A stretch of 64,000 nucleotides of DNA from Minisyncoccota bacterium (GTDB lineage: Bacteria > Patescibacteriota > Minisyncoccia > Phycocordibacterales > DAORIS01), in the NCBI GenBank assembly GCA_035438625.1, contig DAORIS010000004.1, positions 7,497 to 71,496 of the forward strand. Direction: 5' to 3'. Below the pieces are notes generated by a model. That model was given only the letters and a program-made list of their open reading frames with translations. It was not told where the DNA came from and made no database searches. Made by a program: the position numbers and the translations under genes. Positions 17,953-28,200 of this stretch are shown in pieces (the stretch's first letter is position 1; every line of letters begins with the position of its first letter).

Positions 17953-18786
17953 CTATTTAATCTTTGACAAAGCCTCAGATATTCTTGGGAAATATTTTAG
18001 GGTGTTTTCTGTTGATTTCCGTAACACCTCTTCAAGTGGAATACCCCGTATTTCTGAGAATGCCTCAGCAACCTGCATAACCATGCGTGGATCTGCTCGT
18101 TTACCCCTAAAAGGCGCTGGTGCTGCGTAGGGAGCATCCGTTTCGATCATAAATCTGTCTAACGGAACCTGTTCAACGAGTTCCTTATACTGAGGAGCAA
18201 ATGTAATCACGCCTGTAAACGAGACTGTTGCACCCATATCAAGACACTCTTTGAGTATCTCACTTGTTACAGCGAAGAAATGGAAGTGCAGGTGAGCGGT
18301 AAGACCTTCCTCTTTATATATCTTCAAAAGATCAGCATGTGCATCACGGCAATGGATCATAAGTGGTAATCCTGCAGATGCTGCAATTCGAGCTTGAGAT
18401 AGAAATAATTGCTTTTGTATTGCCTTCACCCGCTCAATCTCTTCATTAGTTCCTGTAATCCTAAAATAGTCGAGTCCGGTCTCACCTATCGCCACAACTT
18501 TTTCGCTATATTGCTGATCGAGTGCAATTTGTTCTAACTCAACAATACTTTTTCGCACATCTTCTTCATTCATCTCGCTCGCTTCAAGCGGATGAATTCC
18601 GATACATGCAAAACGTGCAGCATTAGCGTCACAAAGCTCTATTGCCTTCATACTCGACTCAACATCAGTACCAATTACAATAGTTCCGACACCTTTTTCC
18701 TGCATGTCGGAAAGCATCTCTGCTCGGTCTACATCAAAATCTGGATAGTAGATATGGGAATGGATATCGAACACTCGTACTTCCAT
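17953..18786 (-). CDS. TatD-family metal-dependent hydrolase (DNase).
   Basis: - 277 aa with the TIM-barrel metal-ligand pattern (DIHSHIYY..., ...IHCRDAH..., ...ETDAPY) typical of TatD/YcfH.
- Adjacent to metG, as in many bacteria. Confidence 0.8.
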   Translation of the reverse strand: MEVRVFDIHSHIYYPDFDVDRAEMLSDMQEKGVGTIVIGTDVESSMKAIELCDANAARFACIGIHPLEASEMNEEDVRKSIVELEQIALDQQYSEKVVAIGETGLDYFRITGTNEEIERVKAIQKQLFLSQARIAASAGLPLMIHCRDAHADLLKIYKEEGLTAHLHFHFFAVTSEILKECLDMGATVSFTGVITFAPQYKELVEQVPLDRFMIETDAPYAAPAPFRGKRADPRMVMQVAEAFSEIRGIPLEEVLRKSTENTLKYFPRISEALSKIK

Positions 18787-18789
18787 AGA

Positions 18790-20241
18790 TTATGGTTTAC
18801 GAGGGAATAATGGGACTGAGGCTGCTCGATCAGCGATTGACGCGAGAATCTTTTCAGAAGTTTCAGGCATGAATGGTGCAAGTTCTTTCGCAAGTATTGA
18901 TAGGTCTGAAACGAGTCCCGCAACCGTTTTTCGTGCCTTATCTGGATCCTGCTTAAACATCTCAAACGGCTTTTCTTGTTGGATCTTCTGGTCTAACTTT
19001 GTTATTTCAGCCATGATCAAACCCATTGCATTGTTTAATTCATATGCAGCCACTGCGTCTGCAATACCTTTTATGAGTTCACCAGTTGATATTGATTCCA
19101 CTCCACTGTCCCAGGCGTCATAGTTTGCCGCCATCTTAAGAATACGGGAAGTTGTATTACCAATTCCATTTGATAGCTGTGAGTTGTACGCCTTAAAGAA
19201 CAAGTCACGAGTAAACGGTGAGTCTTCAAACGGTTGCACTTCTCTAATTACAAAATATCGTAGGGCATCTGTTCCATACTCATTAATTATTTCCACAGGA
19301 GAAATAACATTGCCTATGCTCTTACTCATCTTAATACCACCTTCACCAGTTACAAACCCATTAATGACGATTTGTTTTGATGGCTCAATATCCGCAGACA
19401 TAAGCATTGCTTGCCACATAGCCGACTGCTGACGGAGGTTATCTTTTCCAGCAAACTGAATTACCGGCCAGAATGTATTGAATTTCTCCATATCAGTTGG
19501 CCAACCGATAGCTGAAATGTAATTGATCAGAGCATCGAACCATACATACATCACTTGCTCTGGATCTCCTGGAACCTCTACACCCCACGGCATTTTCGAC
19601 TTCAGGCGAGAGATACTAAAGTCCTTAAGACCACGCTCTACAAAGGCTTTAATTTCATTAAACCTAAATTCTGGAATTACAAACTCAGGATTGGCTTTGT
19701 AATGTGCGAGTAATTTCTCTGCATATGCTGAAAACTTAAAGAAATAGTTCTCTTCTTTAATGAGTTCAATTTCTATGTTTGGATGAAGTGGACACTTTCC
19801 GTTATCAAGTTCGGAATCTGTTTTTTCTAACTCACAGCCAACGCAATACTTAACGGTATATTCTTGTTTATAAATATCACCCGCAGCTTCTGATTTCTTC
19901 CAAAATTCTTGAGCAGCTTTTTTGTGGTGTTCGTCTGTCGTACGGATAAAGTTGATCTCAGAAATATTGAGTTGCGTTAACAAATCCTTAAACTTTTCGG
20001 CATACCCATTTACATATTCCTGAGTATCTTGACCAGCTTTTTGTGCATTCAGATATATCTTCATTCCATGCTCATCGGTACCAGTATTAAAAAAGACTTC
20101 GTGTCCTTGTGACCGAAGATATCGAACTACCGCATCAGCACGGATAATTTCCATAGCAAAACCAACGTGCGGCTCTGCGTTTACGTACGGGAGCGTCGTT
20201 GTGACGTATACCTGCTTTTTAGGATTGGTGTGCTTGCTCAT
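18790..20241 (-). CDS. metG: Methionyl-tRNA synthetase.
   Basis: - HIGH-region equivalent (PYVNAEPHVGFAME), TGTDEHG and KMSKSIGN motifs; short-form MetRS of 483 aa. Confidence 0.9.
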   Translation of the reverse strand: MSKHTNPKKQVYVTTTLPYVNAEPHVGFAMEIIRADAVVRYLRSQGHEVFFNTGTDEHGMKIYLNAQKAGQDTQEYVNGYAEKFKDLLTQLNISEINFIRTTDEHHKKAAQEFWKKSEAAGDIYKQEYTVKYCVGCELEKTDSELDNGKCPLHPNIEIELIKEENYFFKFSAYAEKLLAHYKANPEFVIPEFRFNEIKAFVERGLKDFSISRLKSKMPWGVEVPGDPEQVMYVWFDALINYISAIGWPTDMEKFNTFWPVIQFAGKDNLRQQSAMWQAMLMSADIEPSKQIVINGFVTGEGGIKMSKSIGNVISPVEIINEYGTDALRYFVIREVQPFEDSPFTRDLFFKAYNSQLSNGIGNTTSRILKMAANYDAWDSGVESISTGELIKGIADAVAAYELNNAMGLIMAEITKLDQKIQQEKPFEMFKQDPDKARKTVAGLVSDLSILAKELAPFMPETSEKILASIADRAASVPLFPRKP

Positions 20242-21308
20242 ACGGGCGATTCTTCCACAGGAATAGGGATTCGTCTATTACGTTCTCTGTCTCCGAGATA
20301 CTCAATGAGTAGCGTTGCAACAGGAATAGAAAGTATTGCACCAAGAATTCCTCCAAGCTTAAGTCCAACAATCAAGCTGATGATAACCACGAGCGGTGGC
20401 ACTCCAATTACTTTTCGTACCACTGCAGGGTAAATGACATGACTCTCCAATTGTTGAATGATCACGAATAACGCTGCAACAAGCAGTGCCAAACTCACTC
20501 CTCCGTCCAAGAACCCAATTGCGATTCCTGGAATTGATCCGAGGATTGGACCGAACACAGGGATAATTTCAAAGAATGCAGCAATGATTGCAAGCAGCAA
20601 TGCGTGCCGGACACCGAGCGCTGAAAGACCAATGAATGCCAGAACTCCAATAATTGCAGCAAGAAATATTTGTCCTTGCATCCAACGAGCAATATTTCGC
20701 TGTGAGCGACGCCAGAGCCCAATCACATAGCGCTCATATTTAAGCGGAGTGATGATACGAAGAAAATCTCCTACCCCATCTTCTTGTGTACTGAGGTAAA
20801 ACGACAAGACAGCAATAATAACTAAAGTTGAGGCCCCTCCAAATAACGCAGACCCAAGTTCATACGTATTTCCCCCAACTGACCTAATTAATTCAGCAGT
20901 GCCCGCCAAATAATCCAAGAACGATGTTGCGTGCGAGAATATTTCAATTGAATTTTCAAAGCCCAAAAATCCTGGACTTGATAGTGCGAACTCGTCCAAA
21001 TAACTTGGGAGTGCCTGAAGGAGGCCGTTAATCTCTGTCGCAAGAATCGGCAATACGTACACAATTCCTGCGACAAATACCGCTAGAATTGAGGCGTATA
21101 CACCTACAACACTCACTGTACGAGGTACACGTTTAGCCATTAGTGCCCTAATAACAGGCTCAACTGATGAGGCCAGGACCACTGCAGAAAGAATGGCGAG
21201 TAGGATATTGTGAATGAAATAAATAAGTACTCCAGCCACAATAAAAGCTGCTAGCCGGCCAACAATGGCATGAGCTACAGCAATTCTTTCTTGGGCAGCT
21301 GGTGACAT
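20238..21308 (-). CDS. AI-2E family (PerM/UPF0118) transporter.
   Basis: - 356 aa with eight predicted transmembrane helices in a layout typical of the AI-2E family. Confidence 0.55.
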   Translation of the reverse strand: MSPAAQERIAVAHAIVGRLAAFIVAGVLIYFIHNILLAILSAVVLASSVEPVIRALMAKRVPRTVSVVGVYASILAVFVAGIVYVLPILATEINGLLQALPSYLDEFALSSPGFLGFENSIEIFSHATSFLDYLAGTAELIRSVGGNTYELGSALFGGASTLVIIAVLSFYLSTQEDGVGDFLRIITPLKYERYVIGLWRRSQRNIARWMQGQIFLAAIIGVLAFIGLSALGVRHALLLAIIAAFFEIIPVFGPILGSIPGIAIGFLDGGVSLALLVAALFVIIQQLESHVIYPAVVRKVIGVPPLVVIISLIVGLKLGGILGAILSIPVATLLIEYLGDRERNRRIPIPVEESPV

Positions 21309-21345
21309 AGGGCTATCATACCATCATGCCTTAGTCGTGTATCTA

Positions 21346-22707
21346 CTACAGCGCCTTGGCTTCTGAAAGGAGTTTTTCGATTGAAATTCGCTCTTGTTTT
21401 CCACTATCCCTGTCTCTTAAAGTCACAGTTCCGTCTTCTAGCGTATCGAAATCAACAGTGACACAATAAGGTGTTCCAATTTCATCTTGGCGACGATATC
21501 GCTTACCGATGTTTCCATTGTCATCAAATTCGACATGTCCAACGAGTTTCTTGAGGCTCATGTACACCTCTCGCGCTTTTTCAACTAACTGAGGCTTATT
21601 TTTCAACAGTGGGAATACTGCGTATTTAACTGGAGCAACTGCATAGGGAAATTGTAGGTACACACGCTTTTCACCACCTACTTCATCTTCCTTATATGCT
21701 TCTGTAAGGACAGCAAGTACAGTACGATCAACGCCAAATGATGGCTCAATTACGTGTGGAATAAAACGCGACTTGGAATCCTGGTCAAAATATGTGAGAT
21801 CTACTCCAGAGTGCTTTGAGTGTGCAGCAAGATCAAAATCTGTTCGGTATGCAAGACCATACAATTCTTTTATTCCAAACGGAAACTTATATTCAAAATC
21901 TACTGTTCGCTTTGAGTAGTGAGCGCGGTCTTCTCCTGGAACTTCATACTCTTTAATCTTGGCAGCATCAAGTCCCATGTCTTTTGTCCATTCTCTGATT
22001 TGTTCCACAAAATGAGTGAAGTGTGTTTCCCATTCTTCTGGACGAACAAAGTACTCAATTTCCATTTGCTCTAATTCACGTACTCTGAAAATGAAATCAC
22101 GTGGTGCAATTTCGTTTCTGAATGCCTTACCAATCTGAGCAATACCGAATGGAAGTGCTGGATGGTGTGAGTCCATCACATTTTTGTAGTTCACAAAAAT
22201 ACCTTGTGCGGTTTCAGGTCTGAGGTATGAGATTGAATTTTCGTCTTCTGATGCACCGAAGTTCGTCTTAAACATCATGTTGAACTGTTTGACGTCACCA
22301 AGTGCATTACCATCAGGGCTTTTAATTCCAAGCTCCTTAATGAGCGCGTCCATGTCAGAGGCATTTAGTCCCTTTGTTTCCTTTCCTGCTTCCTCAAGAA
22401 GGTGATCAGCGCGGAACCTTCGCTTTGTCTTCACATCTTCAACGAGTGGGTCGTTAAATCCAGCGACGTGTCCGCTTGCTTGCCAAACTTTTTGGTTCAT
22501 CAGAATTGCAGCATCTACCCCAAAGACATCTTCACGGTCGATGACAAAGCGCTTCCACCACATATTTTTGATGTTTTGCTTAAGCGCTAATCCGTAATGA
22601 CCATAATCCCATGTACCAGCAAGACCTCCATAGATTTCGGAGCCCTGGTAAATGAAACCTCGTCGTTTTGAAAGGGAAATTATTTCGTCCATTGAAGCAG
22701 CATACAT
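21346..22707 (-). CDS. glyQS: Glycyl-tRNA synthetase (dimeric alpha2 class II type).
   Basis: - 453 aa; EIYGGLAGTWDYGHYGLALKQNI and class II motifs are present. Confidence 0.88.
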   Translation of the reverse strand: MYAASMDEIISLSKRRGFIYQGSEIYGGLAGTWDYGHYGLALKQNIKNMWWKRFVIDREDVFGVDAAILMNQKVWQASGHVAGFNDPLVEDVKTKRRFRADHLLEEAGKETKGLNASDMDALIKELGIKSPDGNALGDVKQFNMMFKTNFGASEDENSISYLRPETAQGIFVNYKNVMDSHHPALPFGIAQIGKAFRNEIAPRDFIFRVRELEQMEIEYFVRPEEWETHFTHFVEQIREWTKDMGLDAAKIKEYEVPGEDRAHYSKRTVDFEYKFPFGIKELYGLAYRTDFDLAAHSKHSGVDLTYFDQDSKSRFIPHVIEPSFGVDRTVLAVLTEAYKEDEVGGEKRVYLQFPYAVAPVKYAVFPLLKNKPQLVEKAREVYMSLKKLVGHVEFDDNGNIGKRYRRQDEIGTPYCVTVDFDTLEDGTVTLRDRDSGKQERISIEKLLSEAKAL

Positions 22708-22716
22708 TTAGCTACG

Positions 22717-24654
22717 TTACGGCGCAAGGATAGCAGCTTGGTTGGCTTGGATATCAGCTGCCTGCGTCGTGACAGACACAAGACCGATGCGTACTTCCTG
22801 CTCAACAAACCGATCCACTCCAACTACCGTTGCGGCGTTTACAAGAACTGGAATCTGTCCAACTTGGCTTGCGCTTGGCAACATTTCAACCTGGAAATAT
22901 GCTCGTTTATAGTCACTTTCAAATCCAGTATACGCAGAAACTTCTCCTGCCTTCCATGAGATTGTGCGTGTTAATTCGTTATATGTAACATTCGTGCTTG
23001 ATGCTTGGTTTGGGACAAACTGTACGTAAATTGGCAGTGTTGCCGTCACCTCAACATTTGAAACATGGTTAACGGTATTGTTTAACTGCCACTCGATTGT
23101 GTAACGAGTCTTTTGTTCTGCCTTTGGAGGGATGGGACCTGTGTTTGTAAATGGACCAGTTTTGTATAACGCTTGCGAGAGTCCGCCAAGTGCAGTTGCG
23201 AAACGGATTTGTTTTACACTCTTGATTTCAATGTTGTCTGATGAACCTTGTTCTGAGACAACTTTTCCCTTGATGGTAATTTCATATTCCAGTCCTGGAT
23301 TTCTAATGTTCCTTCCGATCTCTTGGAGCGTGAGTGTGTCAAACGAGAACGATACTGATCCTTGTTCGCCCGGTGAAAGTACAGCGAGGTCTTGCTCTGT
23401 TGAACGATCCCAGTACACCGTGTCATTTGAAGATTGGTAAAAGCCAGCAGCAGGCTTAATACTTGATCGGTCGTGGAGATTTCCTTTTATCTTAACCTCA
23501 ATTCGTGGATCAAGAATGTCTCTTGAGAGGTTGTTGCTAAATGAGATGTTATTACTGATTGCTGAGCCGAGGGTTGAAATCTCAGTTTTCTGACCATTTG
23601 AAAGTGTGGATTGTGTATCAGTTACGATAGTTACTGATGGGCGTAATATGTTCACTTCTGCAAGTTTTGTAGTGAGGGTTGTAAGGAGTGCACGATCATC
23701 TTCTGGATCTTTTGTGCCAGCTGAGAATTTAAAGACTTTATCTTCATTGTCTTGTGCTTGCACAATACCAGTTATCTTAATTTTCTTTATTTCTCCAGCT
23801 TTAAGTAAGGGGAAATTCCAAATTAATCCATTCTCAAGAGCAGCTGGCTCTGACTTTGAAAATGCAAATCCAAATGGGTACTCTGCCTTTAGAACAATGT
23901 CTTTCAAGTCCGATCGCATGTTTGACCTTACCTCAATATCAAACGTTGTTTCTTGTCCTGAGCTAATTGCCTTTTGATACTCAATTAAAAGACTGATCGG
24001 GGATTGACTCACAGTGATTTCATATTCCTTTTTCTTTTCATACCTGGTACCTGATTCACCGACTGAATATGCTGCAGTGACAACAATCTGCTTGCGCTCT
24101 CCTTCCTCACCAAGCAAAATTACCGATCCTGCAACTTGTCCTGAGGCGCCACGTGAGATTGTTCCAATAGATCGGACATCACGTAACTTTTCCTGCGTTG
24201 GATTTTCTGGATCCATTGATCCATCAGGATATTGAAGTGTAATTTCAACATCTTCGAGGTCTACTCTGTTTTTGTTAATAAACGACACTGAAAATGGCAC
24301 AGCTTCTCCTCCTGCAACCGAGACTGCTGAGGTAAGGACAATGTCTACATTTTTTGAAGAAATAAATAACTTATCTGAAAACAAGTAGACTGCAGCGAGC
24401 GCTGCAGCGCCTAAACAAAAAGCAAGTGACGAAAAGAAAAATATTTTGTACCACTTCCCGCTTTTTGATGACTTTGGACCCTCTTCGTGTCTCTCTTCAA
24501 GTGTAGCGTGTTCCCACTCTGGAACTACTGTGTGTATTTGTTCTTGAGATTTTAAACTACGACGTTCGTTATCATCAGTAGAAAAATCCGCGTTTGGAGA
24601 ATACAATCGCTTCTTAAGTGCCTCAATCTTGCTCTGATCTAACTCACTTTGCAT
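22717..24654 (-). CDS. Hypothetical membrane-anchored protein with repeated beta-sandwich (DUF11/CARDB-like) domains.
   Basis: - 645 aa with a cytoplasmic N-terminus, one transmembrane helix (about aa 70-92) and a large extracytoplasmic region of repeated beta-rich segments.
- No catalytic motif. Confidence 0.45.
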   Translation of the reverse strand: MQSELDQSKIEALKKRLYSPNADFSTDDNERRSLKSQEQIHTVVPEWEHATLEERHEEGPKSSKSGKWYKIFFFSSLAFCLGAAALAAVYLFSDKLFISSKNVDIVLTSAVSVAGGEAVPFSVSFINKNRVDLEDVEITLQYPDGSMDPENPTQEKLRDVRSIGTISRGASGQVAGSVILLGEEGERKQIVVTAAYSVGESGTRYEKKKEYEITVSQSPISLLIEYQKAISSGQETTFDIEVRSNMRSDLKDIVLKAEYPFGFAFSKSEPAALENGLIWNFPLLKAGEIKKIKITGIVQAQDNEDKVFKFSAGTKDPEDDRALLTTLTTKLAEVNILRPSVTIVTDTQSTLSNGQKTEISTLGSAISNNISFSNNLSRDILDPRIEVKIKGNLHDRSSIKPAAGFYQSSNDTVYWDRSTEQDLAVLSPGEQGSVSFSFDTLTLQEIGRNIRNPGLEYEITIKGKVVSEQGSSDNIEIKSVKQIRFATALGGLSQALYKTGPFTNTGPIPPKAEQKTRYTIEWQLNNTVNHVSNVEVTATLPIYVQFVPNQASSTNVTYNELTRTISWKAGEVSAYTGFESDYKRAYFQVEMLPSASQVGQIPVLVNAATVVGVDRFVEQEVRIGLVSVTTQAADIQANQAAILAP

Positions 24655-24679
24655 ATACTCGAGAAATTATAGCACTCTG

Positions 24680-25258
24680 TTACCTTCCAATATGCCCAGT
24701 TGCCACCTTTACTGCAGCAGTAACTGCAAACTCAGCCCCAAGAATGGTCTGTACATCAATTTCCTCAAGTGGTAACCGCATCAAGCGTTCAATCGTCTCT
24801 GACATCTTTGGTAAGAAACCCGCAGCATAAAGCATCCTCGCTGAAGTCCACGATTCAAGTGCAGTACGAGTCTCAGGACCGTGGTCTGCCTTACCAACAG
24901 TCAATTTAAAAAATTCCGAAAGGGGAATATATATTCCAGACACAGGCTCATCATAAATTGTTATAGCCGAAGCAATCCAAGACAATCGCGCATACTCTTT
25001 ACGTCGTTTTGGATCAGGAGTTTGGAGGGTCACAATATCTGTTAACCTCCATACATTCCTTCCTCGAATCAACGACATCCTCGCTAAGGTATGTTCTGCG
25101 GCTCCCATGCGTAGTTTCGATGAAAGCTTTCGAAGGCTCTTTCCTACAACTGCAATTTTTCCAAAGCGTTCGGTTAGAACTATGAGCACCTTATCATCAG
25201 CACTCCTATCGTGAGCACCTAAAATAATTCCATCAACGGAGTAAATCTCATACGACAT
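24680..25258 (-). CDS. recO: Probable DNA repair protein RecO (short form).
   Basis: - The N-terminal OB-fold pattern (GIILGAHDRSADDKVLIVLTERFGKIAVVGKSLRKLSSKLRMGAAEHTLARMSLIRGRNVWRLTDI) resembles RecO.
- 192 aa is shorter than typical RecO. Confidence 0.45.
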   Translation of the reverse strand: MSYEIYSVDGIILGAHDRSADDKVLIVLTERFGKIAVVGKSLRKLSSKLRMGAAEHTLARMSLIRGRNVWRLTDIVTLQTPDPKRRKEYARLSWIASAITIYDEPVSGIYIPLSEFFKLTVGKADHGPETRTALESWTSARMLYAAGFLPKMSETIERLMRLPLEEIDVQTILGAEFAVTAAVKVATGHIGR

Positions 25259-28200
25259 GAATTGTTGCTTCCGTATGTTCTTTGGATAGTTCTATTTTGG
25301 AAGCGGAGACAGTATTTGCGAGTTCATCTTTCCACGTACCAAGTATTTGCTCCATTGCTTCTGTATCTGGCAATGAAACTGTAATTTTGTCTCCAGGTTG
25401 TAGCCCTGCTTCTTTACGCTTGTCTTGTATCAGACGGACCAAGTCTCTATATGATCCTTCAACAATAAGCTCTGGTGTAAGGGTCGTATCAAGTGAGACA
25501 GTGTCAGACTCACCTTCTGTAAAGACAACTTCTTTTACGTTAGTCTCTTCACTAATGAGGTGTTTATATTCTTCTTGCACATCTGGGTTCACGTGTGAAA
25601 ACACGTGGTTTGAACAAGAGATTTTTGTAAGTGGTTGGCGTACTTTTATGTTTGCCTTCATGCGTTCATCAAGTACTGCTGAGACAATAGTTCGAACAGA
25701 AGTCATTATTTCCATTCGTACTGTTCGTGCTTCTTTTTCTGTATTAGTAAGTTCTTGTATTTCAGGCCAGCTCGCAAGATGCACGCTTTCTGGATCGGAC
25801 TCCGTTTTCACAACAGCAAATATTCTCTCTGCAATAAATGGCATTGATGGAGCAATTGTTCGGCTAAACACATGTAGTACATGACGTAATACCGAAGCTG
25901 CAACAACTGCATCTTCGTCTTCATTCTTAAGTCTGTCTCGTGAGCGGCGTACGAACCACGTTGATAGATCATCTACAAATCCTTCAAGTGGTCGGAGTGC
26001 ATCATCAAGTGCATACATCTCCATATGTGTTGTAAATGTCTCAAGAGTTTCATTAAGTCGCTCTATTATCCACATATCCAAGACGCCCAAGTTTCTCGTA
26101 TTGAGCTCTCCATCCTTCACCTTATCTTTTGCGTACATTGAATAGAACGAAAGAACGTTTTCGAGTCGCAAGACAATCTTCTTGTAGATCGTATCTAGAT
26201 CCTTTTCAGCGAAGTTCATGTCTTCTGAACGCATCAATGGTGATGAGAGGAGATAGTAGCGGAGTGCGTCCACACCATATTTATCAAATGTAAGTGCAGG
26301 GTCAGGGAAATTATTCTTGGACTTAGACATTTTCTGTCCGTCTTCAGCAAGTACATTTCCTGTCGTTACAACGTGTTCAAACGGTGCCTTATCGAACAAC
26401 ATTGTTCCAAGCACATGCATGTAATAAAACCAGGTTCGTGTTTGTGCCAAATACTCAGCAACAAACTGTGCAGGAAAACGTTGTGCAAACACATCTTTGT
26501 TTTCCATTGGAAAATGCTGTGACGCAAAGGGCATTGAGCCCGATTCAAACCAACAGTCGATCACTTCTGGTATACGACGCATGACTCCTCCATTTCCATC
26601 CGAAAATACAATTTCATCTATATACGGTCGGTGAAGGTCGAGTTCGTAACATTCATTGTGAGGAATTGGTATGAAATTAAGTTCGCGACACTCTGCATTT
26701 TTCATGTAGTCTCCTTGTTTTGATGCGCGAAGGGCTGCAGCAGCTGGAACATCGAGTCCCCCCGCAACACTTTCCATGATCCATAGTGGTGATTCATGGC
26801 CAACAACCAAGACGGTATCGTTTTCATGTTTTGCGTATGTCTCGTATAAAAATTCACCTATACGCTGACGAACATCAGTGAGACTTTCCCCTCCTGGCAT
26901 TTTCTCAGCAAACGCTGCTGTATATGTCTCGTGGAGCTTGTGATACAAATGCACATCCTTCCCTTCAAGTTCTCCAAAAGAGACCTCTCTCAATCTCGGA
27001 TCAAATACCACTGATTCCTCAGAAAGCCCCAGTGCTTTCGCTACCTGTAACGCAGTTTCTTTGGTGCGTAAAATGTCAGAAGAATAAATATGTTTAATTC
27101 CCAACTTTTTTAATTCCGGTACAGCTGAAACCACCTGCTCTTTTCCAAGTTCAGTTAACGGATATGGTGCATGCAGATCAGCACTAAGAATGCCTTTAGC
27201 ATTATTCTCAGCCTGACCATGACGCATGACGAAGAAACGATTTTTCTTGTCTACCTTTGCCTTAAGCTCCGCAAGTGTCCCGATTACCTCAAATTTTCCA
27301 GTTTTTTCTGATTTCCATATTGGAAGCGGTGATGCCCAGAATCTGTTACGTGAAATGTTCCAGTCTGGTGCTCCTTCAGCACTCTTTCCGAATCGTCCAA
27401 GTTTCAAATGATCTGGTACCCAGTGGATATTCTCATTGAGTTCGAGGATTCGTGATTTTGATTTTTGGATGTTGATAAACCACGCTGGGATTGCGAAATA
27501 GAACAGAGGTGTGTCACATCGGTAACAGTGTGGATATGAGTGTGCAATTACTTCTTTAGCAAACAGAGTTCCAGCTCCTGCTAATTTTTTTATGATTTCA
27601 ATATCCATTACCTGATGATCTCCTGGCTTTTCAGGCTTCGGCTTTACGTGGCGACCCATCAAATCCTCTATCTCATCAGAAAACTTTCCTTCACTTGTCA
27701 CATGGTGTCTCCATGGAATACCTTCCTTCTTTGCCAAGTCCATGTCGTCTTCACCGTACCCTGGTGAAATGTGCACAACACCCGTTCCGCTTCCAGCCTC
27801 AACAAATGTTGCTGGATATATCTTCCATGCTTTGTATTTAGTATCTTCAAGGGCAGGATGTCCTACGAAATAATTAAAGAGTGGCTTGTATGAAAGGCCA
27901 AGCAGTTCTGTTCCAGGAAATTCTTTTTGTATAGAAATTTCATATCCACGTTTTACTAATACTTCTTCCACTCTATCTTTTGCAAGGATGATTGTATGTG
28001 TTTTTCCTTCTTTAGAAACCACTGCCTCTACGTATGAAAGTTCAGGGTTTATTGCAAGCGCAAAATTTCCCGGAAGAGTCCATGGTGTTGTTGTCCACGC
28101 GAGTACATGTACTCCAGGTCGATCGGTGAGTTCAAACAATACATACACAGAAATATCCCTGATATCTCTGTAGCTGTTATCCATCGCAATCTCAGAGTTT

